This document shows positions 1 through 8,600 of a stretch of DNA of 32,000 nt, in pieces. The stretch is from NCBI GenBank assembly GCA_023898645.1, contig CP060232.1:360001-392000 (forward strand), read 5' to 3'. The position numbers and the translations under genes were made by a program. Source of the stretch: Candidatus Saccharimonadota bacterium (GTDB taxonomy: Bacteria > Patescibacteriota > Saccharimonadia > Saccharimonadales > Saccharimonadaceae). Positions within the stretch are counted from its first letter, which is position 1. Each line of letters begins with the position of its first letter. Under the pieces are notes generated by a model, which saw only the letters and a program-made list of their open reading frames with translations, ran no database searches and was not told the origin of the DNA.

Positions 1-449
1 GGCAGAAAGTCGGCGTGCAGGTAGACTCGCAGATATTTAACACGTCTGATCCTAGCCAAAACTTTACTACTGATATCTTGCAGCAGCGTAATTACGACGT
101 GCTCATCGACGATCTTGTTATAGGAGGGGATCCGGACGTCTTTGCTTACTGGCACTCGCAGGGTTTGCTGAACTTCTCGGGTTATAACAACAAGAATAGT
201 GACGATGATTTGTCGAGTGCGCGTACAACGTCCGATCAGACGCTGCGCTCGCTTAAATATGTAGCGTTTGCCAAGCAGTGGTTAGCGGATGTCCCAGCTA
301 TCGGACTATATCAGCCAAATCTTATATATGTTCATAGTAAAAATACCCAAGCCGTTCAGCCGGAGAATACGGTTGTTAGTGCCGACGACCACTATGCAAA
401 CATATTGTACTGGACGGCGTTGCAGGGCTTGGTATATAAAACGCCATAA
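1..449 (+). CDS. 3' end of an extracellular solute-binding protein (ABC transporter SBP family 5-like); 5' end lies outside the window
   Basis: The frame is open from the window edge (codons from nt 3) to TAA 447-449. The C-terminal sequence ([11 protein letters not shown]...GYNN...[12 protein letters not shown]) resembles the C-lobe of peptide/oligosaccharide-binding proteins. Family call is from memory only. Confidence 0.5.
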   Translation, partial: QKVGVQVDSQIFNTSDPSQNFTTDILQQRNYDVLIDDLVIGGDPDVFAYWHSQGLLNFSGYNNKNSDDDLSSARTTSDQTLRSLKYVAFAKQWLADVPAIGLYQPNLIYVHSKNTQAVQPENTVVSADDHYANILYWTALQGLVYKTP

Positions 450-453
450 CGAC

Positions 454-1842
454 ATGGCGGAGATTCGCGATTTTTCACATTTGACTGACCGTCCTGAAAT
501 AGAGGACAGGTTGTTTCGTAGTGAAGTAGTAGAGGAAGCTATCGAGGACGTATCGATACGAATTCACGACAAAGAACTTCGACGAATGTTTCGGCAGTGC
601 CTGCCAAATACGCTAGACACAACTACAAGCTATCGTGAGGATGCTGACGGCAAACCAGATACCTTTATTGTAACGGGTGACATACCGGCCATGTGGTTGC
701 GAGATTCAACTAATCAGGTGTGGCCTTATTTACGATTTGCCAAGAGTGAACCTAAGCTTCAGAAAATGTTCACCGGACTAATATTTCGACAAGCAAAATG
801 TGTGTTGATTGACCCATATGCCAATGCGTTTGTCGATCCGCACCTAAAGAATCCACCTGAAACTCCTCACTGGCCACACGGTGACAATTGGCATCCCGGT
901 GTGTGGGAACGAAAATACGAGCTTGATAGTTTGGCGGCTTTTATGCGACTCGTCGTCGGCTACTGTAGAGAAACTGGTGACGAAACGGTTTTGACCGACG
1001 AAGTTTTAGAGGCGATTAGATCAGCGGAAGAGGTTATAAGATCCGAACAAAAGCCCGTTACGCCAAAGAACCTTTCCGGCCTTCACAGAGCGATCATGCC
1101 AAACGGAGAACCTTTTCGTGTTGGGCGCGGTGAGTTGTTTGGCTATGGTGAACCAGGGTGGGGCGATGGCTTGAGTCGTAATCTTTTCCGTCCGTCGGAC
1201 GACGAAGCTGAACTGCCGTATCTTATACCAGCAAATGCCATGGCGACCGTTGCCCTAAACGGTATTTCCAGGGTACTTAAGTCGGTAACAAATGAAAGCG
1301 AATTGGCGTACGAAAGCGGCTTGCTCGCTCGAAATGTATACGAGGGCATAAAAAAGCATGGCTTTACTAATCATCCCAAATACGGCAGAATCTTTCGGTA
1401 TGAAACCGACGGATTTGAATCGCAACGGTTGATGGACGATCCAAACGTACCGAGTTTGTTGAGCTTATCATATCTTAATTTTTGCGAATCGACAGATCCG
1501 ACGTATCTAGCCACTCGAAGTTTTATTTTGAGCCGCGACAACCCGTATTACGCAAGGGGCAAGTACGAAGGGCTTGCTAGTCCGCACACCGGTTTGGGTC
1601 GTTTTTGGCCGATCGCGACCATTATGCAAATCATGACAAGTAATGACGATGCAGAAATCAGGTCGTGTTTGAAAACATTGAAAGAAACGCACGATGGTAC
1701 ACACTTTATGCACGAAGCAATTAATGTGAATGATCCGAGTGATTATAGCCGTCCATGGTTTGGTTGGGCGAACTCATTGTTTGGTGAGATGATTTTGGAT
1801 TTAGCTGAGCGGAAGCCAGAGGTTTTAGTGGGAGAGATTTAG
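454..1842 (+). CDS. Glycoside hydrolase family 125 (metal-independent exo-alpha-1,6-mannosidase, DUF1237-type)
   Basis: Long ORF. I chose ATG 454 (MAEIRDF...), 5 nt after the upstream stop; the 289 start would overlap the previous gene by 160 nt. Contains the [18 protein letters not shown] motif and a [10 protein letters not shown]-terminal motif typical of GH125. Confidence 0.8.
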   Translation: MAEIRDFSHLTDRPEIEDRLFRSEVVEEAIEDVSIRIHDKELRRMFRQCLPNTLDTTTSYREDADGKPDTFIVTGDIPAMWLRDSTNQVWPYLRFAKSEPKLQKMFTGLIFRQAKCVLIDPYANAFVDPHLKNPPETPHWPHGDNWHPGVWERKYELDSLAAFMRLVVGYCRETGDETVLTDEVLEAIRSAEEVIRSEQKPVTPKNLSGLHRAIMPNGEPFRVGRGELFGYGEPGWGDGLSRNLFRPSDDEAELPYLIPANAMATVALNGISRVLKSVTNESELAYESGLLARNVYEGIKKHGFTNHPKYGRIFRYETDGFESQRLMDDPNVPSLLSLSYLNFCESTDPTYLATRSFILSRDNPYYARGKYEGLASPHTGLGRFWPIATIMQIMTSNDDAEIRSCLKTLKETHDGTHFMHEAINVNDPSDYSRPWFGWANSLFGEMILDLAERKPEVLVGEI

Positions 1843-1890
1843 GCAAAATTTTCGTGGAGGTTCGAGGCAATCGAGTCGACCAACGAAAAG

Positions 1891-1915
1891 ACCGACCACT
1901 AGGGTCGGTTTCTTC
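1891..1915. terminator. Bidirectional hairpin terminator between GH125 and tRNA-Leu
   Basis: ACCGACC-ACTA-GGGTCGGT hairpin (1891-1909). It is followed by TTCTTCGTT on the plus strand and CTTTTCGTT on the minus strand. Confidence 0.5.
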
Positions 1916-1917
1916 GT

Positions 1918-2004
1918 TGGTGCGCGCGAGAGGACTTGAACCTCCACGCCCTTGCGAGCACTAGCACCTCAAGCTAGCCTGTCTACCAATTCCAGCACGC
2001 GCGC
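1918..2004 (-). tRNA. tRNA-Leu(GAG), class II with long variable arm, CCA encoded
   Basis: The reverse complement folds as acceptor GCGCGCG/CGCGCGC, anticodon stem CTAGC/GCTAG with loop TTGAGGT (anticodon GAG), and T arm GGAGG-TTCAAGT-CCTCT. Discriminator A plus CCA. Confidence 0.9.
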
Positions 2005-2033
2005 GCATCAATCTCGATAAATTATACACAATA

Positions 2034-2062
2034 TTGCCGGATATTACCATATCTGTTATAAT
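2034..2062 (+). promoter_or_regulatory. Sigma70-type promoter for typA
   Basis: TTGCCG (2034-2039), 17-nt spacer, then TATAAT (2057-2062) preceded by TGt. AGAGGAG RBS at 2071-2077. A divergent minus-strand TGtgTATAAT (2021-2026) faces tRNA-Leu. Confidence 0.5.
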
Positions 2063-2084
2063 CACACACAAGAGGAGCGCCCGT

Positions 2085-3923
2085 ATGGGCACTATTTTTA
2101 TGAAAGATCCAAAATTTATACGAAATGTTGCGATTATTGCTCACGTCGACCATGGCAAGACGACGCTTGTTGATGGTCTTTTGAAACAATCCAACACTTT
2201 CCGCGACAACCAGGCTGAAATGTCACAAACTCTCATCATGGACAGTGGCGATCAGGAACACGAACGTGGCATCACGATTACTGCAAAGCAGACGTCTATT
2301 TACCATGGTGATTATAAAATTAATATTATCGACACACCCGGCCACGCCGATTTTAGTGGCGAAGTAGAGCGGACGCTCAACATGGCTGATGGCGTGCTAT
2401 TGATCGTTGACGCACAGGAAGGTCCTATGCCACAGACGAAGTTCGTGCTCAGTAAGGCTTTGGAACTTGGCCTCAAGCCTGCGGTTGTCATAAATAAAAT
2501 CGACAAACCGTCACGTCGCATAGCTGAAGTTGAAGACGAAGTAGCCGACTTGTTTTTGGAGCTAGCTGTAGACGACTCACAGCTGCACTACCCAACATAC
2601 TTTGCAATTGCCCGTGAAGGCAAAGCGTGGAATGAATTTCCTGAAAATCCTAGTGAAGATGCTGACCTAAATCCTATTTTTGATGCGATTGTTAGCGACA
2701 TACCCGCACCTGACGTCGACACGGCAGGCACGCTGCAGCTTTTAGTAACATCCCTACAATATGATTCATTTCTAGGTAAATACGCCATAGGCCGCATATC
2801 ACGCGGCTCTATAAAGCCTCGTCAGCAGGTGACGCTTGTTAAGCGTGACGGCGCACACGTGTCTGCGCAAGTCGATAAACTTTTTGGTTATCGTGGCTTA
2901 TTGCGTGAAGAAATCGAAGGCGCTAGCGCTGGCGACATTGTGGCGCTCACGGGTATCGCCGCTGCGCACATAGGTGAGACGATTGCTGATAAAGACAATC
3001 CTGAGGCATTGCCAGTTCTTGAAGTTGAAGCTCCGACATTGAGTATGTATCTAGGTCCTAACACTAGTCCTATGAAAGGCCGCGAAGGTGAATTTTCGAC
3101 AAGTCGTCAGATTGGTGATCGTCTGCGACAAGAGCTTGAAACGAACGTAGCTCTACGTGTCGAAGACGACGGTATCGGTTTTGTCGTAAGCGGTCGTGGT
3201 GAATTGCACCTAAGCGTACTTATTGAAACGCTGCGCCGCGAAGGTTACGAGTTTGAAGTTGGTCGTCCGCAAGTTGTGACTATTGAAAAAGACGGCAAGA
3301 CTCAAGAGCCTGTCGAGGAATTGGTCATAGAAGTCGGCAACGAGTTTGTCGGTACTATCAGCCAAGAAATGGGCACGCGCCGCGGTGAATTGACGCATCA
3401 AGAGACGACGTCGAGTGGGGCTATACGTCAGACATACATCATCACCACTCGTGCCATGATCGGTTTGCGTAATCAGTTACTGACTGCAACTAAAGGGACG
3501 GTTATTATGAATAGCCTGCCTCATGGCTACCAGCCGCTCGGAGCTAAGCTAGCTGGTACGCGTAACGGCGCATTGATAGCATTTGAAGCAGGTACGACAA
3601 CGCCGTATGCGTTGCAGACGGCTGAGTCGCGTGGCGAGCTATATGTTGGCCCGGGGACTGATGTGTACGCTGGTATGATCATCGGTTTGAATCGACGTTA
3701 CGAAGATATGGAGATTAACGTATGCAAAGCGAAGCATCTGACTAACATGCGCTCTAGTAGTAGTGACGGTGTAGTACAGCTAACTCCATTTACGGAGCTA
3801 AGTCTGGAACAGTGTATCGACTTTTTGAATGACGATGAATTACTTGAAGTGACACCAAAAAATCTACGACTTCGTAAACGAGAACTTGATCCAAACAAGC
3901 GTAAACGCGCTGCAAAACAATAA
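2085..3923 (+). CDS. typA: Translational GTPase TypA/BipA
   Basis: AIIAHVDHGKTTL (G1), DTPGHADF (G3) and NKID (G4) motifs, with EF-G-like domain order and length of about 612 aa. ATG 2085 sits 7 nt after the AGAGGAG RBS. ATG 2100 is an alternative start. Confidence 0.9.
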   Translation: MGTIFMKDPKFIRNVAIIAHVDHGKTTLVDGLLKQSNTFRDNQAEMSQTLIMDSGDQEHERGITITAKQTSIYHGDYKINIIDTPGHADFSGEVERTLNMADGVLLIVDAQEGPMPQTKFVLSKALELGLKPAVVINKIDKPSRRIAEVEDEVADLFLELAVDDSQLHYPTYFAIAREGKAWNEFPENPSEDADLNPIFDAIVSDIPAPDVDTAGTLQLLVTSLQYDSFLGKYAIGRISRGSIKPRQQVTLVKRDGAHVSAQVDKLFGYRGLLREEIEGASAGDIVALTGIAAAHIGETIADKDNPEALPVLEVEAPTLSMYLGPNTSPMKGREGEFSTSRQIGDRLRQELETNVALRVEDDGIGFVVSGRGELHLSVLIETLRREGYEFEVGRPQVVTIEKDGKTQEPVEELVIEVGNEFVGTISQEMGTRRGELTHQETTSSGAIRQTYIITTRAMIGLRNQLLTATKGTVIMNSLPHGYQPLGAKLAGTRNGALIAFEAGTTTPYALQTAESRGELYVGPGTDVYAGMIIGLNRRYEDMEINVCKAKHLTNMRSSSSDGVVQLTPFTELSLEQCIDFLNDDELLEVTPKNLRLRKRELDPNKRKRAAKQ

Positions 3924-3924
3924 T

Positions 3925-3951
3925 AAAATCTCCGCATTAAGCGGAGATTTT
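3925..3951. terminator. Bidirectional rho-independent terminator between convergent genes
   Basis: AAAATCTCCGC-ATTA-GCGGAGATTTT. The perfect hairpin is flanked by A-runs and T-runs on both strands. Confidence 0.8.
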
Positions 3952-3965
3952 ATTATTGATGCAAA

Positions 3966-4373
3966 TTACTTAACTAGTGTTTTCTTGACACGGACTGACT
4001 GCTTGAAGTAGAGCGCCCATGCGGCGTATATAGCAGGACCAGTTACAAATCCTATGAACCTTAAGCCGTTATCGACACCGTCGCCAGCAACAATGTTGTT
4101 AATTATTCCAGCTACGGCCATTGTACCGAGAGTGATATACACAACCTGTAGGGCGGACTTTTTCATCGAAAAAATCAGCGATGCTGATACGAATAATTCA
4201 AGTGCTAGTAGGGGTGCGAATAGCAACTGCATCAATTCCTGAGTGTTATTGGCTCCGCCGCTAAGCGTACTAAAGAATAAGTAGACTTCACCGACGCCAG
4301 ATAGAAGAAAAACAATGGCGAAAAATAATAACCATCCTCCGACTTTGTTGGATTTAGATTTCGATTTAACCAT
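3966..4373 (-). CDS. Small integral membrane protein (about 4 TM helices), function unknown
   Basis: 135-aa ORF with a basic N-terminus (MVKSKSKSNK) followed by hydrophobic helices. Its position is delimited by the terminator and a divergent promoter region. Confidence 0.6.
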   Translation of the reverse strand: MVKSKSKSNKVGGWLLFFAIVFLLSGVGEVYLFFSTLSGGANNTQELMQLLFAPLLALELFVSASLIFSMKKSALQVVYITLGTMAVAGIINNIVAGDGVDNGLRFIGFVTGPAIYAAWALYFKQSVRVKKTLVK

Positions 4374-4492
4374 GAGACATGTCTCCTCTTATTTCTATAC
4401 TGATGTCACAAGTTTAGTATAAGCTTTTTAATTTGTCCAATATACATTAAGCATAAGCTTTACAATACGTCAATATCTTAATCATATTTTAA

Positions 4493-4521
4493 TTGATTAG
4501 TCCAGACATAACCTCTATAAT
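4493..4521 (+). promoter_or_regulatory. Candidate promoter for the trehalase gene
   Basis: TTGATT (4493-4498), 17-nt spacer, TATAAT (4516-4521). The ATG at 4532 lies only 10 nt past the -10 hexamer. Confidence 0.4.
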
Positions 4522-4531
4522 GGAGCCACGA

Positions 4532-6148
4532 ATGGCAAAAAAGATTTCAAAAATACCGATAAGGATCCCTAAAGAAGAGGCGCTTAAGTCGGCACTCGTA
4601 AATACCGCCGGAGCTCTCATGCTAACTAAGCACAGTCCAGACGAAGCGCTGGGCGACTTATTTACTGATGTCCAGAGCAGGCAAGTGTACGACGATGGTA
4701 TGACGTTCGTGGATCTTATACCACGTGAACGAATGCAGCATATCAGAAAGCAATACCACATCGCTAAAAGTGATCCTGACTTTGATTTGCACGAATTTGT
4801 AACCAGGCATTTCTATGCGTACGAAAATTCAAACGGCGAGTATCACACTAACTCCAGTCATACACCGCGTGAGCACATACGCGAGCTATGGAAGGTGCTC
4901 GAACGACGTAATCGTGTAGACAGGGGATCGCTCATAGCTATACCGTACACATATGTCGTGCCGGGTGGCAGATTCAGCGCTCAATTTTATTGGGACAGTT
5001 ACTTTACTATGCTTGGTCTTGCCGCGGATGGTCGCTGGGATATGGTCGAAAACATGATCAAGAATGCTACGTACATGATTCGTAAGTTTGGTTTTGTTCC
5101 GACGGCAAATAGGACGTATTTTCTCTCTCGCAGTCAGCCGCCGTTTCTTTCGCACATGGTGCGTTTACTCGCTAGGCATCAAAATCGCACTTTGACACTG
5201 CTTGAACACCTGCCTTATTTACTGGGTGAGTATCGTTTTTGGATGAATGGACGAAAGATGCTTGGTAAACTCGATGAATCTGCAGCTGTACGTCGAGTTG
5301 TGTTGATGCCAGACGGTACTATGCTTAATCGTTACTATGACAACAAGCGAACGCCACGGCCGGAATCGTTGCGAGAAGACGTTGAAACGGCTCGAAGTAA
5401 GGATACTGAAAAGGCAGAAAAGCTTTATCTTGACTTACGTGCTGCAGCTGAAAGCGGCTGGGACTTTAGTAGTCGATGGTTCTCTGACTCTCACGAGCTT
5501 GGCTCTATCCATACTACCGACATCGTTCCGGTTGACTTGAATTGTTTGATGTACCATTTGGAAATGACGATTTCTGAAACGTATCAACTAATGTATCAAC
5601 CTCTGCTAGCGCGTAAATACAGAAAGCTTGCAGAAAAGCGTCAGGCAGCGATTAGTCGATACATGTGGGACGAAAACGAGCAGTTTTTCGTTGACTATGA
5701 TTTTCGTACCGGCAAAAAGACAGGAAGATTAACGATAGCTGGAGTGTTCCCGTTGTTTACAAAAGTTGCTACGCCGGCTCAAGCTAAAGCTGTGGCGAAA
5801 CGCTTAGAAAAAGACTTTTTGAAAGATGGTGGGTTAGTCACGACACTTATAGAAAGTGGTCAGCAGTGGGATTGGCCAAACGGCTGGGCGCCCATGCAGT
5901 GGGTGGCAATACAAGGACTACGCGAATACGGGTACTATACACTTGCCGATAAAATAAAAAAGGCATGGGTTGAAGCTTGCCTATATACCTATAAAGAAAA
6001 GCAGAAAATGGTCGAGAAATATAACGTCGTGCATCCACGTAAATTAAGCGGCGGAGGAGAATATTCACTGCAAGATGGCTTTGGTTGGACGAACGGAGTA
6101 TTAGCCGCGTTGCTTGCAGAGGATGACAAGCCTGAAGCTAGGAATTGA
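4532..6148 (+). CDS. treA: Trehalase, glycoside hydrolase family 37
   Basis: Motifs FYWDSYFTMLGL, SQPPFLSHMV, AESGWDFSSRW and QWDWPNGWAPMQW are GH37 signatures. The start is ambiguous: ATG 4532 is preferred (GGAG 6 nt upstream, or near-leaderless from the promoter above); ATG 4520 and TTG 4493 are alternatives. Confidence 0.85.
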   Translation: MAKKISKIPIRIPKEEALKSALVNTAGALMLTKHSPDEALGDLFTDVQSRQVYDDGMTFVDLIPRERMQHIRKQYHIAKSDPDFDLHEFVTRHFYAYENSNGEYHTNSSHTPREHIRELWKVLERRNRVDRGSLIAIPYTYVVPGGRFSAQFYWDSYFTMLGLAADGRWDMVENMIKNATYMIRKFGFVPTANRTYFLSRSQPPFLSHMVRLLARHQNRTLTLLEHLPYLLGEYRFWMNGRKMLGKLDESAAVRRVVLMPDGTMLNRYYDNKRTPRPESLREDVETARSKDTEKAEKLYLDLRAAAESGWDFSSRWFSDSHELGSIHTTDIVPVDLNCLMYHLEMTISETYQLMYQPLLARKYRKLAEKRQAAISRYMWDENEQFFVDYDFRTGKKTGRLTIAGVFPLFTKVATPAQAKAVAKRLEKDFLKDGGLVTTLIESGQQWDWPNGWAPMQWVAIQGLREYGYYTLADKIKKAWVEACLYTYKEKQKMVEKYNVVHPRKLSGGGEYSLQDGFGWTNGVLAALLAEDDKPEARN

Positions 6149-7313
6149 GCAGCCGTTTAGATATACGGATGACTTTTTGGCTAATTCTAGCGGGAGTACC
6201 CTGGTCGGGCTGAGGTTTTTTTGGTTTAGCATTTTCGCTTACTATTCGCGTAAGCACTTCTTCGTAGCCGTCAATCATAGTGGTTAATGAGAAGTTTTTG
6301 ACTACATGATCTCGGCAATCTTTGCGTTTAATTGTCGGAAGTTTTTCAATCGCTAGTATCATTTCAGCGCTGTTGTTGACTATGAACCCAGTTTTTTCAT
6401 CCTTAACAACCTCTTGTACCGATCCTCGGTTGAAAGCGATTACTGGTGTGCCGCAGGCTCCCGCCTCGACCATCGCCAGGCCGAACGGTTCTTGCCATTG
6501 GATAGGCATAAGTAGTCCGCCGGAATTTTGGTAGTATTTAACCAGTTGGGCACGTTCCAGCATGCCGAGGAATAATATTTTGTTGCTCAAATATGGTTTT
6601 ACATGCTCATCAAAGTACCATTGGTCAGATTTAGAAACCGATCCAGATATCAATAGTTTGCGATCAGTCTGCATGGCTATTTGAACTGCTTCTTTGACGC
6701 CTTTGTCGGGCGTGACGCGGCCAGAAATCATCAGATAATCTTCTGGTTCACCGTCAGTTGTAAATAAATCAGTATCTATGCCGTTATATACAGTTGCGGC
6801 ATAGTTTATGTCGGGCGCGTCTCGGCGCTGACTATCGGAAATAGAGATGAAATGCTGGTTTGGCGTGCTGTGCATTTCTATGGCTTCGCGACGATCGCTG
6901 TCTATGAAGTCATGAACGATGTAGACGACGGGAACTTTAGGGAATAGGCCGGCTATCGGTAGTGCGGATTCAAAGTGGTGGAACAGTACGCAATCGAATT
7001 CCCCGCTTGCTGCTCGTTCTAAGATTTTCTTTACGAAACTTGCGTCATAAAGTGCCGGTCGGTAATCGCTAAAGAGTTCAGTCGTGCCCACAAAGTCATC
7101 AAGCTCCGCCTGATCTTTAGCTACGGAGTGCATGCCGTACGTTTCGATGGTATCAACATCAAGCTTTGTACCCTCGGGTCCAAAAAACGTCACTGTGTGG
7201 CCTCGTTGCTGTAGTCCTTCTGCAAGGGTTTGAGCAATAATTGCTGGAGAATAAGCAACGTTGCCTGGTGGGGGGGTCTCGAGAAACGCTCGGACCATCA
7301 TTGCAATTTTCAT
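6138..7313 (-). CDS. Glycosyltransferase family 4 (GT-B fold)
   Basis: N-terminus MKIAMMVRAF and a C-terminal EPFGLAMVEAGACGTPVIA motif (the E-x7-E region of GT4). Start taken at ATG 7313; the ORF-track start at 7352 adds 13 unlikely residues. The 3' end overlaps the trehalase gene by 11 nt in convergent orientation. Confidence 0.8.
   Translation of the reverse strand: MKIAMMVRAFLETPPPGNVAYSPAIIAQTLAEGLQQRGHTVTFFGPEGTKLDVDTIETYGMHSVAKDQAELDDFVGTTELFSDYRPALYDASFVKKILERAASGEFDCVLFHHFESALPIAGLFPKVPVVYIVHDFIDSDRREAIEMHSTPNQHFISISDSQRRDAPDINYAATVYNGIDTDLFTTDGEPEDYLMISGRVTPDKGVKEAVQIAMQTDRKLLISGSVSKSDQWYFDEHVKPYLSNKILFLGMLERAQLVKYYQNSGGLLMPIQWQEPFGLAMVEAGACGTPVIAFNRGSVQEVVKDEKTGFIVNNSAEMILAIEKLPTIKRKDCRDHVVKNFSLTTMIDGYEEVLTRIVSENAKPKKPQPDQGTPARISQKVIRISKRLLNS
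7270..7276 (-). repeat. C7 (coding strand) homopolymer about 12 codons into the GT4 gene
   Basis: The plus strand reads GGGGGGG at 7270-7276, encoding T-P-P-P. It is currently in frame. Confidence 0.9.
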
Positions 7314-7386
7314 AAATTGTGATGCATCTCTGCAATATATTGAGTATAACACGAATAAAGGATATTGTAAATTTTACACCCTTTTT

Positions 7387-8517
7387 CTAGCTGAGGATTT
7401 GTAGTGCTTTTACTGCCAGTATGAACTTCGCGTGCGACCAAGCAAGAGGCAGAACCCCCTTACCTTGTCGCTCATCGTCAGGGTAAATTTGCTCCGGCAA
7501 TATGTTTTCGGGCAGTAGACCGCGTTGATATTCGCGATCAAGTCGTTCGATTGTGTCATGAAACATATCTCGCGCTTCGTCAGGTGCGCCTATTGCGTCG
7601 AGGGCAATTGATTGCCAGAAGGTTAGCAGGGGCCAGGCGCCGGCGGTTGATTCACGAGATCCTTCGCGGACGATGCCGTCGTATGTATCGCCTCGGTAGC
7701 GATAAACACCAAGGCCAGGTCGATAGAGTTCATCGCTGATGGCAGTAATTGTGGATGTTGTTCTGAGACCATTTTTTTCAAATGGGTAGGCAAGGCTAGA
7801 TAAGCTGGCGTCAAGTGTATTGTCTGAATTGAAATGCGCTGAGTTTTGATAAATTTTCCTTAAGAAAAATCGCGTATCTACAGAATCGATGACACCTTGC
7901 ATTTCGGTTTGAGCTTGCTGCCAACTGCTTGTGTCGAGGTGTTCGAAGCGCTTGATTGCTCGTCCGAGGCCGTGAGCTACCGAGGCGATAGTGTAGGTAA
8001 ATACGTCATTGTCGCGCTGGGTCGTTTCGCGGTTTTCCCATAAGTCTTGAGTTGGTCCAAAGCTTTGCCCGTTCCATTTGCCAACTAGTCCATTAGCCAT
8101 TTTATTGATGGCAGTGTCGACTTTTTCATTTGCTTCCGGTACAACCACGTCAAGAGCCCCCATGAGAGACCCTGCTTGATCTGGTTGGTGTTGTTCGCCG
8201 TAACGCACGTCCAGAGCGCCGTTTGTTCCGTAGCGTTTGATATATAGACCCGTTCGAGCGAAGCCCTGGACGTTATTTAGCCAGCCCGCGTAGTTAATGG
8301 CTCGCTCTGCTGCTTTGTCGGGGTTGATCGCATGTGCGGCTAGTAATTGATATGCTGCGTCACGCGCCCAGGAAAATCGATAGTTTTCAGCTGTCGATGG
8401 ATAAATCGGCAGGTCTGAGTTGGCTGCCACCAGTGCGCCATTCGGCAAGGCGCATGCATCAAGCTGGTTCTCACTCTGCGTATACAGCTGCTCTATACGT
8501 CCTTTCAAACTCTTCAT
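7387..8517 (-). CDS. Glycoside hydrolase family 15 catalytic-domain-only protein (glucoamylase/trehalase-like)
   Basis: Motifs FSWARDAAYQLLA, DLWENR and LPLAWSHAKFI are typical of the GH15 (alpha/alpha)6 domain. At 376 aa it has no N-terminal beta-sandwich domain. Confidence 0.75.
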   Translation of the reverse strand: MKSLKGRIEQLYTQSENQLDACALPNGALVAANSDLPIYPSTAENYRFSWARDAAYQLLAAHAINPDKAAERAINYAGWLNNVQGFARTGLYIKRYGTNGALDVRYGEQHQPDQAGSLMGALDVVVPEANEKVDTAINKMANGLVGKWNGQSFGPTQDLWENRETTQRDNDVFTYTIASVAHGLGRAIKRFEHLDTSSWQQAQTEMQGVIDSVDTRFFLRKIYQNSAHFNSDNTLDASLSSLAYPFEKNGLRTTSTITAISDELYRPGLGVYRYRGDTYDGIVREGSRESTAGAWPLLTFWQSIALDAIGAPDEARDMFHDTIERLDREYQRGLLPENILPEQIYPDDERQGKGVLPLAWSHAKFILAVKALQILS

Positions 8518-8600
8518 AAGTCCATTATGCGCCGGTTTGTGTGTGGAGGCAAGGTGGTATAATGGTTATGTAACAGTATAGCTAGGGATAAAATAAACAT

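Noticed and set aside
289-453. ORF-track N-terminal extensions. These cover GH125 (289-453), typA (2034-2084), GT4 (7314-7352), rarA (13322-13372), plsC (15684-15728), the Zn-ribbon gene (23688-23756), hsdS (25714-25779) and the ArsR-like gene (30963-31085).
   Set aside because: Each extension overlaps the preceding gene, a promoter or terminator, or a structured RNA, and adds sequence unlike the family N-terminus. An internal ATG with a good RBS or leaderless promoter geometry matches the expected protein start in every case.
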